DNA of 64,000 nucleotides. Origin: Myxococcota bacterium (GTDB taxonomy: Bacteria > Myxococcota_A > UBA796 > SXON01). The stretch is from the NCBI GenBank assembly GCA_040386535.1, contig JAZKFH010000049.1:1-64000 (forward strand), in the 5' to 3' direction. Below are positions 37,600-47,775 of the stretch, one piece after another; position 1 is the first letter of the stretch, and the number at the start of each line of letters is the position of its first letter. Under the pieces are notes generated by a model. That model was not told where the DNA came from and made no database searches. It worked only from the letters and a program-made list of their open reading frames with translations. Position numbers and translations under genes: made by a program.

Positions 37600-38737
37600 C
37601 GCCGCGATCTACCACGCCGAGGTCACAATGCTCGCGTCGCCCTGCGGGTGGGCTTGTGAAACGAGCGGCGGCCCTTCGGACGGTGCCAAGCACTGCGCCA
37701 GGGAGCGACTGCGCCACCGGCCCGATCACCTCCAGAAGCTCCGGGTGGTGGGGTGGCACGCCCGCATCGAGCAGTACGCGCACTTCACGTCCGATCGACG
37801 CGTCGAAGGCGCTCCCGACGTCCTCGGGCGCCTCTGCTCGATCGGCGACCAGCGCCTGAAGGGCAGCCACCCGCCGCCTTGCGTCCCCCGCGAGGGGGCG
37901 AATGGGGAGCAGCAGCGTGAGCGCGTCGAGTGCGGCGTCGGCGTCGCTCACCCAGGCACCGCGGGTAGGCTGGTGGGATCGGGAAAGGCCCCAGGCGAAT
38001 CCGGGACGCCGCGTCTCCGAGAAACCCGTCAGGGCGGTGAACATACGATCGACGCGGCGGGCGTCTTCCCCCCTCTCCTGAAGGGCGCGCAGACGTCCGG
38101 CTACGGCAACCAAGATCTTTACGACCGTCGCGTCGGGGAGGCCGCCCCAGGTCCCCCGTTCTCCCACCAGCGCGTCCAGGCTCGCGATGTCGGCCTCCGG
38201 ATCGTGGGACGGCAGCAGAGCGCGGATCGTGCGGGTCAGAATCGCGGCGGAGTCGTGCTCGGGCAGCACCTCCGCCATGGCGGGGGGCTGGCTGGGGGAG
38301 CGGGGACAAGCCGCGAGCGGCGCCGCTAACGCGCATGCGGTGTCGTGTGATTGCTGTTCCGTTACGGGAGGCGGCGCGTCCTCAACCGCGCCCGGATCTG
38401 GCGCGGTTTCTGCCAGGGTCAATGTCGGCCCCACGGCGAGGGGCACGGGCCGAGGGGCACCGGCCCCCGGAACCGGAGGGGGCGGAGCCGCCACCGCGTG
38501 CGCAGGCACGGCTCGCGTACCAAGCGTCAGACTGCCCCCGCGTCCACGCACGTCCATGACGAGCGCAGCGACCTCCAAGGCGCACGCGTCCCGAGCGGCT
38601 TGCAGCTCATCGTGGATGTCCGCCAACCCGGCCAGGGCGAGGAGGGCGTCGTATCGACCGTAGGCGTCGAGGAGCGAGCAGAGACGGGCCTCCTCGCCGG
38701 TGGGCCCTTCCGTCAGCGCGGCTCGGATCGTCGTCAC
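37592..38737 (-). CDS. Hypothetical protein
   Basis: Overlaps the start of the HEPN-like gene; protein-like helical composition. Confidence 0.6.
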   Translation of the reverse strand: MTTIRAALTEGPTGEEARLCSLLDAYGRYDALLALAGLADIHDELQAARDACALEVAALVMDVRGRGGSLTLGTRAVPAHAVAAPPPPVPGAGAPRPVPLAVGPTLTLAETAPDPGAVEDAPPPVTEQQSHDTACALAAPLAACPRSPSQPPAMAEVLPEHDSAAILTRTIRALLPSHDPEADIASLDALVGERGTWGGLPDATVVKILVAVAGRLRALQERGEDARRVDRMFTALTGFSETRRPGFAWGLSRSHQPTRGAWVSDADAALDALTLLLPIRPLAGDARRRVAALQALVADRAEAPEDVGSAFDASIGREVRVLLDAGVPPHHPELLEVIGPVAQSLPGAVLGTVRRAAARFTSPPAGRREHCDLGVVDRGDG

Positions 38738-39257
38738 GAGAGGCTTCTATCGCTCGCGGGAGGTGGGGGCTCCTCCGCGAGGTGGGACCCGGCGTCGGAC
38801 GGGCGCGACGTCGGGGCCAAGCCCGGCGCGCATCCTGGCACGGCGGTCGCTCCGCGGCGGCGGTCAAAGGAGGCCCACAAGCGCGCGCAAGTCGTCCGTG
38901 CCCAGCGCCGCCGCCCGCGCGAACTGCTCAGCGGTCAGGCGCGGCGCGAGGCTGGCGAGGCTCTCGGCCCGGCATGGTTCTTGAGGTGACGGAAGTCGGA
39001 TGACGGTCGTCAGGACCTTCGTCAGGTTGAGGACGGGAGGACGCGGCTTGTTGGCGAGGGCGGTGCTCATGCGCCGACAGTGTGCAAGATGCGCACCGCC
39101 CCGACCCTGCCACTGCGCCGAGCGCGATGCCGAGCGCGGACTTCCCGCGCTCGGTGGGACCTTACGGGGCGATCATGTGGGTGATTTGCTCGGGAAGGGC
39201 GTGAGGGTCACCGTGCAGATCGACCTTCCGGAGCGAGAGGAGGTGTGGCCCTTCGCG

Positions 39258-39773
39258 CTACAACCCATCGGTGCACCACGCCTCGCCACCCGCGTGGATC
39301 GACACTCGACACTGTTCCCTGCCCTGCGGGACCGCGGGATCCTCGGGCTCGCAGGCCATGTCAATGGAACGCTCGATTCCGTTGCGAACCATTGTCGTAC
39401 CGGCCAATGGTCCCAGGTCCGTCGACTTTGTGGTCAGCCATCCGGCGGCCTGAAGGGCGCCCTCAAACAACTTCTTCAGACTGCGGGCTGCGTCGCGGGG
39501 GTTGCTCACGACGCGAGCTGCGGGCGAAGTCGGCACCAAGCCAGGATCAGGCGTGAAGTATATGACCTGAAAGATGATCTCGTGGACGCGGGTGCCGCAA
39601 GGGACCAGGAACAGGTTCCCCTGTTCGCCCGCGACAGTGGCGCTGGTCATGAAAGCGCCCTGGGGAGCTTTCGGGAGCTTGATCGAGCTCACGGGCTGCC
39701 CGATGGCGTACCCCAGCATCGAGTCGGCGTCCGCGGCGAACGACAGGCCGGACAGCAAGAACACAAGAAGCAT
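39258..39773 (-). CDS. Hypothetical secreted protein
   Basis: Signal peptide MLLVFLLSGLSFA. Confidence 0.6.
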   Translation of the reverse strand: MLLVFLLSGLSFAADADSMLGYAIGQPVSSIKLPKAPQGAFMTSATVAGEQGNLFLVPCGTRVHEIIFQVIYFTPDPGLVPTSPAARVVSNPRDAARSLKKLFEGALQAAGWLTTKSTDLGPLAGTTMVRNGIERSIDMACEPEDPAVPQGREQCRVSIHAGGEAWCTDGL

Positions 39774-40095
39774 GCCGCAGTCTACCGCCTCGCCGCGGGG
39801 CGGGCGACCTGCATTACGCGGCAATCCGCCGTCGGGAGTGCATCTCATGACCGACGGCCCGCGCTCCGTCCGAGTTGAGGAAATCCTCGACTCGCTCGCC
39901 GCGCGTTGGACACACCCACGGGCCGCCGGTGGCGCGGGGCGGCGAGGTTACCGGCGTAGCTCGCGTCAGAGCCGCACGGCACCCGGATCGCAGCCTGCGC
40001 GCCGCGGGCCTGCCCCTGACCCTCCTGTTCGCCGAAGCGCACGCGGCCGTCTTCGGCGCGGGGGTGATCAGCGCAGAAGACGGCCGCCCGCACGT

Positions 40096-41259
40096 CTACT
40101 CGACCTGCAACAGACCCCACTGGAGCGCGGCGTTCTTCGTATGCTCGCACGCGGCTGCCCAAGACGTGCGAGCGCGCCCGAAGACCGCGGCGCTCGACTT
40201 GCCCTGCTCCTTGTAGGTCTCCCACAACGTCCGGACGCTGCGCGCACCGAACCGTTCCCACAGCTCGTCGATGGGCCTCACCCATTCGCCGTTCCGGATG
40301 AATACCCGGAACGCGGCTACGACCGGGAGCACGAAAGGATCGGCCACGGTGATGCTCGCAGTGTAGCCACTCATCAGCGTGCTCGACTCCGTGCTACACC
40401 CGGAAGCCGCGGTGATGATCGCCAGTTTATCGGGGCCGCGCCCGTTCGCTTTCTCCCAGAACTTGACCACGTGCTCCTCCAGCCGGAGAACGTCGGGGAG
40501 GAGTGGGGCGACCACGAGGAACTTCTCACGCTCGAACTTGGTGACGAGGCTTCCCACCGAGGTGTAGGCGGCGACGGGGTGGACCGCCCGCTCGGCCGGG
40601 AAGAGGTTGTTGTTGACGAGCGCCAGTCGGCGAACCACGTCCGTGGGGTTGAACGGCGCGTCCTCGTACCCCGGCTCGTTCGGCTTGAACGCGACGAGGT
40701 CCCGGGAAGCGGGGGGGAGGTACTCCTTCAGGATTTGCCAGTCGCCCGCGAGTTCACGAAGAGCGTGCAATGGAACCTTCTCGGAGGTGTTCCGGGCCCG
40801 CGAGATCTTCGCGATGTCGTCGTCGGGAATGCCGATCCCCACGGTCACGATGACCACAGCCTCGTCGGGCACCCGGGGGTAGATGACGCGCTGCTCCAGG
40901 GCGTGCCGGATCACCTTGTAGGTGTGCCCGCCGTTGAGCACCCCGTGGCCCGGCCCGTCCTCGTCCGGGCTGGCTTCGTTGCACACCAACTCGATCGCCT
41001 CGCCGTTGGCGCGGATGGACTCGGCGACGACCATCATGCCGTTGTTCTTGAGGACGAACGAAGCCGGGTCGTCCCTCAGGGTGGCGAGCATCTCCTTCGC
41101 CGGCTTGCTCGTCAGAGAAGCGTGCCGCGCGTTCGGACCATACTGGAGCTCCAGCGGCAGGTTTCTCGCACGCACGGTCAGGGTCCAGAGTTCGCGGTCG
41201 CCGCTCTTGTACGACCGACACGCCTTCTCACATTCGAAGGCATACTTATTCCGCTGCAT
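40096..41259 (-). CDS. AIPR family protein
   Basis: PNAR, TLRDDPASFVLKNNGM, GVLNGGHT, ISRARNTS. Confidence 0.88.
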   Translation of the reverse strand: MQRNKYAFECEKACRSYKSGDRELWTLTVRARNLPLELQYGPNARHASLTSKPAKEMLATLRDDPASFVLKNNGMMVVAESIRANGEAIELVCNEASPDEDGPGHGVLNGGHTYKVIRHALEQRVIYPRVPDEAVVIVTVGIGIPDDDIAKISRARNTSEKVPLHALRELAGDWQILKEYLPPASRDLVAFKPNEPGYEDAPFNPTDVVRRLALVNNNLFPAERAVHPVAAYTSVGSLVTKFEREKFLVVAPLLPDVLRLEEHVVKFWEKANGRGPDKLAIITAASGCSTESSTLMSGYTASITVADPFVLPVVAAFRVFIRNGEWVRPIDELWERFGARSVRTLWETYKEQGKSSAAVFGRARTSWAAACEHTKNAALQWGLLQVE

Positions 41260-41870
41260 GTTTCTTTCCGGTGGATCGACAGATCCGTTGAGGCCCGAGG
41301 GCCCGCCCGACAGGGCGAATGCATGGCGTCCAACAGGACGCATCGCTCCCACGGGGGGCGACGGGAAGAAGGCTATCCAGCGCACGTGCGTCGTCAAGGT
41401 CGCGACAGAGCATGGAGAACCGAAATCGTCCGCGGTCTCCGCGCGCAGCAGGCGGACTGGAGCCCGTCGTCGGGAAATCGCCGCACCTTTCCAGCGGCAA
41501 ATTCTGCGCCGATGGCCTGCGTGAAGAACTGAGATCGCGCCGCGCGTCGATGACCGATGCGGCAGACGCCTGTTCCTGAACTCGCCGCGCGGCGAGTCGC
41601 CCAGGGACACGCGATCTCTCCTCTGCCTGTCGCGTGGAGCACCGATCTCCGCGTGCGCCAACGCGAGACCTACTGCCTCAGCGGATCGACGCGGACGAGG
41701 CGCGACGATGAGAACGAGGCGCGACGACGCGAACGATGCGAACGATGCGGCTCAGCACGCTTGACGTGCGCGACGGCGGGCGAGACGTGCATGGCTTCTG
41801 CACGAGCCCCGTCGCCAGCCTCGCACCGGGCGGTCCAGCGCAGGGCGAAGGTGCTCGCCTGCGCCACGAC

Positions 41871-43187
41871 CTACGGCCCCTGCTGGAGGGGCACCACGTT
41901 GTCGGCCGCGGCCTTCTCTCCGCCCAGGTCCATCGGCGGCACGCACCCGACGGCGGCGACCAACATTGTCCAGGTAGGCGGGGCGTAGTGCCGGCCGCGC
42001 GTGTCCTGCGGATGGTGGCCCACCAGGAAGTCGATGGTCCGGTCGCGGAGCCGCTGGACGGGGACGCCGTCGATCTCCACGGTGATGTCCTGGAGACCTG
42101 CGATGTACCCGGCGCGGAAGCCGTGGTTCGGGCGGCCCTTCCGGCGCCGGATCGGCTTGTAGAGCCCTCGCCGAATCTCCCCGGCGTCCTCCGCAGCGCG
42201 CCAAAGCGTGGCGATCACCCCGGTGTCGGCCTCAGTGTGCCCGCTCGCGGTCTTCGCCGGGAAGAGGAAGTCATCGGGGCCTTTCGCTGAGGCGATGCGC
42301 GCCTGCCAGAGCTCTACGAGTAGCGGCGGGATGGGGATGGTACGGGCCTCCGCCTCCTCGGTCTGCGACTTCCCCACCTCGACCAAGAGCGTGCGGCGGA
42401 CCGGATCGAGCGCCCGGCGGCGGATCGCCTGCACCTGCCCGACACGGAGCCCGGTGAGCCGCTGGCCCGCGAGCAGGTCGCCGAGGTCGTACGACGCGTC
42501 GTAGGCGCGGCGGACGATGACGTCGCACTCGGCCCAGGTTGGCGCGTCCGGGGCGCCGGGCCGCGCGGGCACTGGCGGGATGACGAGCGCGCTGTCGACC
42601 AGGGCCGGGACGGCGGGGAACGTGGCGGGCTGCGACGCGCCGTGGCTCCAGATCTGGTACAGGAAGCCGGAGAGGTCGTACCGCCGCATCGGCGAGGCCG
42701 CGCCCTTCTTCGTCTCCTTCTTCACAGCGGCGAGGTCCTCACGGATCCAGCGGTTGTTGAGGTCCGTGTACAGGGACACGTCGAGGACGGTGACCGGGAT
42801 CACGCCGTCAGCGCGGATCCCACGTTCCGCCCGGATCGCCGCCATGATCTTCTTGATGGCCGAGAGGTAGACTTTGCGCGTGCTCGCCTTGCGGTTGCGG
42901 GACGCCTGCCAGCGCAGCCAGGAGAGCGCAACCTGCTCCAGGTTCGCTGCGGTGACCACGACGCGCGAGGGCGGGGCCGCTGTCGGCTCCCCGACCTCCA
43001 GCTGACGCCGGAGCCGTCCGACGAGGGCATCCCGCGCGCCCTTGTCGCTGACGACCCTTGATCGGGAGACGCGCTTACGCGCCCCGTCGACCTCGATGTC
43101 CTCCCGCCAGCGGACCTTCCACGGGCCCTGGTAGCCCTTGGGCGGGCTCTTGGGGTCGACCGAGAGGGAGATGTTGTTCTTGGCCAT
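41871..43187 (-). CDS. Tyrosine recombinase / integrase
   Basis: N-terminal arm-binding-like region WKVRWRE; catalytic residues LTGLR, K, HGFR, VGH, HY. Confidence 0.92.
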   Translation of the reverse strand: MAKNNISLSVDPKSPPKGYQGPWKVRWREDIEVDGARKRVSRSRVVSDKGARDALVGRLRRQLEVGEPTAAPPSRVVVTAANLEQVALSWLRWQASRNRKASTRKVYLSAIKKIMAAIRAERGIRADGVIPVTVLDVSLYTDLNNRWIREDLAAVKKETKKGAASPMRRYDLSGFLYQIWSHGASQPATFPAVPALVDSALVIPPVPARPGAPDAPTWAECDVIVRRAYDASYDLGDLLAGQRLTGLRVGQVQAIRRRALDPVRRTLLVEVGKSQTEEAEARTIPIPPLLVELWQARIASAKGPDDFLFPAKTASGHTEADTGVIATLWRAAEDAGEIRRGLYKPIRRRKGRPNHGFRAGYIAGLQDITVEIDGVPVQRLRDRTIDFLVGHHPQDTRGRHYAPPTWTMLVAAVGCVPPMDLGGEKAAADNVVPLQQGP

Positions 43188-43295
43188 GGGGCTCTCCGTG
43201 TCCGGTGTGTGTCCGCGTCCCGCGCGACCGCCGATCGGTGTCCGCCCAGAATGGCGGTCCTATCGTGCGATCCGCGGAACGTCCCCACCGTAGCC

Positions 43296-43329
43296 TGGGA
43301 AAGACGTCCGTCGGAGGTGACGGACGTCT
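43296..43329 (+). other. Candidate attR: inverted core sites AAGACGTCCGTC-GGAGGT-GACGGACGTCT
   Basis: Inverted repeat with 6-bp spacer; contains the 14-mer shared with 4311-4324. Confidence 0.7.
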
Positions 43330-43414
43330 GTCAGGCCGACCCCGGCGGATCGTCCCAGAACGACGGTTGGTCCAACATCGCCCGCGCGGCGCGGTCCTTG
43401 CTTGGGGCCGGGCC

Positions 43415-44254
43415 ATGTTCCACCTCGTCGCCCGTGCCCTGCCGAAGCGGCTCCTCTTTCGTACGCATGCTGAAGCGTTGGCGCTATTCCACGCGCTCGC
43501 CCGGGCCTTTCCCGAGGCGCTGGCCCTCACGGTCATGCCCGACCACGTGCACCTGGTGCTCCCCCACGCGGACCCCTCTCGGCGGCTGGCCCGCGTGATG
43601 AGCGGCTACACGCGCTGGCGAAACCACGCGCGGAACGAGAACGGCCCGGTGTGGGCCCCCCATCCGCCCCCGGAGCGCCTGCCGAACGCCCAACACGCGC
43701 GCCGCACGGTCCGCTACGTGCACCTGAACCCGTGCCGAGCGCGGCTCGTCGGCGATCCGCTGGCCTGGCCGTACAGCTCCCACCGCGATGCCGTGGGCTT
43801 CGCGGCGCGGCCGGTCCGCCCCGTCGAGGCGAACCCCGTGAAGTTCCACGCCTGGGTGTCGGGTGACCCCACGGTGTCCACCGCCGGGACCGCGCTGCCC
43901 GCGGGCTCGTGGGGCGAGGTCGAATGGGCCGAGATCGTCGATGCCGTCGGCGGGGTCTGCCGGGTGGCGCCCGAGGCGCTCCTGCAGCGGGGCACGCCGA
44001 GAACGCTGGCCGTCCGCACCGCCTGGGCGCATGGACTGCGCGATCTCGCCGTGCTGACGGAGGCGGTCGGGATGGATGCCGGCTCGGTGCGCCGCACTTG
44101 CGCGACGGTGCCGGGCCGGGGCGGGTCCTTCTCCGACCCCGCGCTGGAAGCGTGCGTTCGCGCCGTCGGCGACCACCGCTTTGTCGCGCTTCGCGGCGGA
44201 GACCTGCTCGCGCGCAACCCGTGGGCCTGGTACCGGGCCCACGGGTATCGGTAG
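43415..44254 (+). CDS. REP-associated tyrosine transposase (RAYT, Y1/HUH) with C-terminal HTH-like extension
   Basis: FHLVAR, HUH motif MPDHVHL, RYVHLNP, WPYSSH. Confidence 0.88.
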   Translation: MFHLVARALPKRLLFRTHAEALALFHALARAFPEALALTVMPDHVHLVLPHADPSRRLARVMSGYTRWRNHARNENGPVWAPHPPPERLPNAQHARRTVRYVHLNPCRARLVGDPLAWPYSSHRDAVGFAARPVRPVEANPVKFHAWVSGDPTVSTAGTALPAGSWGEVEWAEIVDAVGGVCRVAPEALLQRGTPRTLAVRTAWAHGLRDLAVLTEAVGMDAGSVRRTCATVPGRGGSFSDPALEACVRAVGDHRFVALRGGDLLARNPWAWYRAHGYR

Positions 44255-44267
44255 CTGCGGTGGCAGA

Positions 44268-44450
44268 GGTCATGCCGCCGTGAATGAGCGTTCTCGGGAG
44301 TCATGCCTGGGTGAATGCACGTCGGACGCGGCGGACACGAGAACCCTCGGCGTTCGTCCGTGGGCGGGCGGTGCTCGAGCGCCCCCGAGAGGCCGAAACC
44401 GGCGTTCAAGGTGGCATGAGTCGCGGAAACAGGCGTTCGGGGGGACATGG
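44268..44450. repeat. REPIN/MITE-like element (family B), copy 1
   Basis: GGTCATG..GAGTCATG..GTGAATGCAC left arm; GGCATGA...GGGGACATGG right arm; 13 bp after the RAYT stop. Confidence 0.75.
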
Positions 44451-44455
44451 GGCGG

Positions 44456-44581
44456 GCGGGCGCCCCCCGATCGGGCGCGGCGGACGCCTCTCCGGCGGGC
44501 GCCCCCGATCGGGCGCGGCGGACGCCTCTCCAGCGGGCGCCCTCGATCGGGCGCGCGGCGGGCGCCTCTCCGGCGGGCGCC
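44456..44581. repeat. ~38-bp tandem repeat x3
   Basis: GCGGGCGCCC..CGATCGGGCGCGGCGG.CGCCTCTCC. Confidence 0.85.
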
Positions 44582-44661
44582 GTGACTCCGTTCTCGAGAC
44601 GCCCGCTCGCTCACGGCCGCCCTCGCCTATACGGCCCCCGCTCCTACCCCCGCTCCCGCCC

Positions 44662-45312
44662 CTACCCCCGCTCCCACTCCCCATCGCGCACCCGCGCGCG
44701 CCCCGCCTCCGCCGGCTCCGCGTCCGCGCGCCACCGGTCCGGCAACCACGCGGTCCACTCGGGCGGCACGTTCGAGATGCGGTCCATGGCGATGCGCAGC
44801 GCGTCGGCGTGCGTCGGGATGCGTGGGTACATGCGGAGGTCCATGTGGGCCTGCGCCGGCGTGCGGTCGGCCTTGCGTGTGTTGCACGCGCCGCAGGCGG
44901 CGACCGCGTTCTCCCAGCAGCTCACCTTCACCCAGCGTCGGGACCAGGGCAGGTACACGACGCCGCCCTTCGCCTGCGCGCGGGGGATCACGTGGTCGAG
45001 CGTGAGGCCCTTGCGGTCGGGGCGGCCGTCGTGGAGGAGGGGGCGGAGGCCGCAGTAGGCGCAGGTCCACGCGTCGCGCGCCTGGACGTTCCGCGAGCTG
45101 AAGCGGACACGCTCGCGGGCCCGCGCATACCGCTTGAGCGATACCACGGCCGGCCAGGGGAGCGCCAGCGACGCGCTCCGCACGAAGCGCCCCTCGTAGG
45201 CCGCCACGGTCACCGCTTTTCCGGAGAGGACGAGCTCGATCGCCCGCTCCCACCGCACGACCTTCATGGGTCCGTAGTCGGCGTTGAGCTGGAGGACGAA
45301 GGGGGTCGGCAT
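44662..45312 (-). CDS. HNH endonuclease (McrA-like)
   Basis: VLQLNADY, FSSRNV..RD..TCAYCG, LTLDHVIPR, WEN...CGACNTRK. Confidence 0.92.
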   Translation of the reverse strand: MPTPFVLQLNADYGPMKVVRWERAIELVLSGKAVTVAAYEGRFVRSASLALPWPAVVSLKRYARARERVRFSSRNVQARDAWTCAYCGLRPLLHDGRPDRKGLTLDHVIPRAQAKGGVVYLPWSRRWVKVSCWENAVAACGACNTRKADRTPAQAHMDLRMYPRIPTHADALRIAMDRISNVPPEWTAWLPDRWRADAEPAEAGRARVRDGEWERG

Positions 45313-45508
45313 GTCGAGCTCCCGGAGGGCGCGACCGCTGACGATCCCGCCATCCACGAGATCATCGCCGGAAACCACCCTGACGTATACCCCCAAGTCG
45401 GCCGCTTTCTTCCTGGGCGCACGGCCGCCAGGGCGAAGGCGGCCGTGCGCGGAGGCCCGGTGGGCGCGCGATCGGCGCGCTGACGTAGAGCCGGAGCGAG
45501 CTCCAGCG

Positions 45509-46507
45509 CTAAATCGCCATCCCCTCGATCGCCGCCACCACCGCCGCCCGCCGCGCCGCGAACTTCCCGACCTCGCCCGCCGACTCCACGATGACGAGGC
45601 GCCCGCCGTCCACGAACACGGCCACGAGGTACGCGGCGTCCTGGGCGCCGTCGGGCGCGGAGAGCTCGAGCAGGGCGCCCGGAGTCTCGCCGGCCTTCAC
45701 GTCGCCCGTGGCGACGACGCGGTAGCCCGCGGCCTTCATGCGCGTGATCATGGCCTCCTTCCAGAAGGCGAGGTCGGCCTTCGGCTCGTTCTTGGCCGCC
45801 CGGACGCGGAACACCACGTCGTCCGGGCTGACCGCCACGAACGGGCTCGCCTTCTTGCCGGGCGCGAAGCCGGCCGGCGCGGAGACGGTGACCCCGCCGC
45901 TCTTGTGGACGAACCGGCCCGAACGGAAGGCGTCCTGCAGATCCGCGAGGTTCAGGGTGTTGACCCAGCCGAAGCTCGAGCTGCCGTCCCGCGAGGGCGC
46001 GCCGCGGTCGCGGAAGCGGAAGGAGAAGCCGAGCTGCGCGTACGTGCCGCGGTGCTCGAGCAGCCGGACGCGGCCCTGGATCTGCTCGATCTCCGCGACG
46101 GTGCGCGTGATCTCGCGCTCCACCGCGACGACGGCGTTGGCGTGCGCGGTGTCGAGGATCTGGAGGTAGCGCTTCAGCACGCCCTCTCGCGAGGCGAGGC
46201 GGGCGCGCAGGTCGATGAGCTCGGTGTCGAGATCGGTCACCGACCAGCTCCGCTCGACGACGAGGCCGAGCTCCTTGGCGCCGTCGAGCACGACGGTGGC
46301 GCGGTCACCGGGCACCGCCACGCTCACCGACTCGTCCGAGAGCGCGGTGAACCACCCGCCCGCGGCCTCGGCGCGGCGGATCACCTCGGCGATGGCCTTG
46401 TCGCGGTCGTCCACCTGAACGGTCACCGCGCCGTCGATGTGCGACGCGGCGAGCGCCTGACCGAAGATCCCGGTCGCGAAGAGCCACGTCCCGAGGAGCG
46501 CGATCAA
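45509..46507 (-). CDS. DUF4349 domain protein
   Basis: TTG start overlaps the upstream stop; DLDTELIDLRARL..VEREI..IEQIQGR. Confidence 0.8.
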   Translation of the reverse strand: MIALLGTWLFATGIFGQALAASHIDGAVTVQVDDRDKAIAEVIRRAEAAGGWFTALSDESVSVAVPGDRATVVLDGAKELGLVVERSWSVTDLDTELIDLRARLASREGVLKRYLQILDTAHANAVVAVEREITRTVAEIEQIQGRVRLLEHRGTYAQLGFSFRFRDRGAPSRDGSSSFGWVNTLNLADLQDAFRSGRFVHKSGGVTVSAPAGFAPGKKASPFVAVSPDDVVFRVRAAKNEPKADLAFWKEAMITRMKAAGYRVVATGDVKAGETPGALLELSAPDGAQDAAYLVAVFVDGGRLVIVESAGEVGKFAARRAAVVAAIEGMAI

Positions 46508-47679
46508 GACGCACCTCCCACCGGGCCGAGCACGGCCTGCACGGCGGGCGCGTGGCGCTGCTCCGCGGCCACGGACGGGTAGAAGATCTGCACGACGTCG
46601 AGGTCCTTGCCGACCGCGCGCACGAGCACGACCCACACGTAGGGCGTGTCGCTGCGGTCGAGCAGGCGGAGGCCCTGCCACTCGCCGACCGCCACCGGAT
46701 CGCCCTCCTTGAACTCGCTGATCAGGCGGCGCCCGAGCGCGTCGGTCCAGAACGGCGTGTCTCCGACGGGATCGTTGACCAGCCGGGTGGCCCACAGCCG
46801 CGCGCCCTCGGCGCTCTCGACGATGAAGCGGCCCTTCGTGTCGAGCGGCACGAAACCGTCCGGCACGTCGAGCTTCAGCTTCTTGCCGCCGAGCGCCGAG
46901 TCCTCCGCGTCGAACGGCGAGAGGTTGCGGATCCACGCGAACGCGGCCGACTCCGGCGTGCCGCCGCGCCACGTGAGCGCCGGGCGCTGCTGGAGCTTCA
47001 CCGTGATGCGCGAGAAGTCGGCGAGGCGCTGGAGGGTGCGGCTGGAGAGCTCGAGCCGGTCGAGCTCCTCGGTGACCTCCTGGATCTCGCGGACCAGGGC
47101 GAGCTTCTCGTTCTCGTCCTTCGACTGGGCGAGCAGAGCAACCAGGCGGTCACGACGGGCCCGGGCCGTGGCGAGGCGCAGCTCGACGGCGGAGAAGGCC
47201 TCCGTCACGTCCTCCGCGGCGATCGACTTGCGCGTCACGTCGCCCACCTTCAGCACCGCGTCGAACACCTCGCGGAACTTCGCGACGGGGACGCGCAACA
47301 CGAGCGTGGCCCCGTACTGCTGCTCGAGGCCGCCGCCGGCCGCCGTCGCGAGCGCGATCAGCACGTCGGTGGCCTCCTGTTGCTTGCCGACCCGCAGCTC
47401 GGCGTAGCCCTGGTAGTGCACCATGCGGGCGGCCACGGGCTTGACCGCCGTGTCCGGCGCGGGCGCGGGCTCCGCGGGCGACATCGCCTCCTCCATGGAC
47501 GGCGCGGCCATGCCGGGCGGCGGCGCGGGCGGGGGCGGCGGCGCGCCCTGCGACATCGGGGCCCGCTTGGCGCCCTCGCCGTCATCGGTGTTGGCGTAGT
47601 CGTAGCTCGACTCGCCGGCGGAGAACCGCTGCGCACACGCGGCGAGCAGGCAGAGGAAGAGGAGGACGATCGTTCGCAT
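46504..47679 (-). CDS. DUF4349 domain lipoprotein
   Basis: Lipobox LAAC, LRVPVAKF, EDVTEAF. Confidence 0.85.
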   Translation of the reverse strand: MRTIVLLFLCLLAACAQRFSAGESSYDYANTDDGEGAKRAPMSQGAPPPPPAPPPGMAAPSMEEAMSPAEPAPAPDTAVKPVAARMVHYQGYAELRVGKQQEATDVLIALATAAGGGLEQQYGATLVLRVPVAKFREVFDAVLKVGDVTRKSIAAEDVTEAFSAVELRLATARARRDRLVALLAQSKDENEKLALVREIQEVTEELDRLELSSRTLQRLADFSRITVKLQQRPALTWRGGTPESAAFAWIRNLSPFDAEDSALGGKKLKLDVPDGFVPLDTKGRFIVESAEGARLWATRLVNDPVGDTPFWTDALGRRLISEFKEGDPVAVGEWQGLRLLDRSDTPYVWVVLVRAVGKDLDVVQIFYPSVAAEQRHAPAVQAVLGPVGGAS

Positions 47680-47775
47680 CGCGGGGCTCTATCGCGAGAA
47701 AGTGTCGGACGGCCCCTTCCCGTCGAGCACCGGACGCCCGCCCGCCGCGCCCGCCGGCCGCGCTACATTCGCGCG

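Larger units (their letters stand above)
4311..43329. mobile_element. Integrative element / defence island (~39 kb) with tyrosine integrase
   Basis: 14-bp direct repeat at both ends; integrase adjacent to the right end; XRE switch and P-loop replication gene; many defence-type genes; several visibly less GC-rich segments. Confidence 0.75.

Noticed and set aside
41871..43187. Integron integrase (IntI) with classical attC cassettes
   Set aside because: It has an N-terminal arm-binding-like region, I cannot see the IntI-specific insertion, cargo genes are in mixed orientation, and no RYYYAAC...GTTRRRY sites were found
4311..43329. Intact prophage or conjugative ICE
   Set aside because: No recognisable terminase, capsid, tail, relaxase or T4SS genes
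43190..43414. tRNA/tmRNA at the integration site
   Set aside because: No cloverleaf, T-loop GTTCGA or CCA end found near either att candidate
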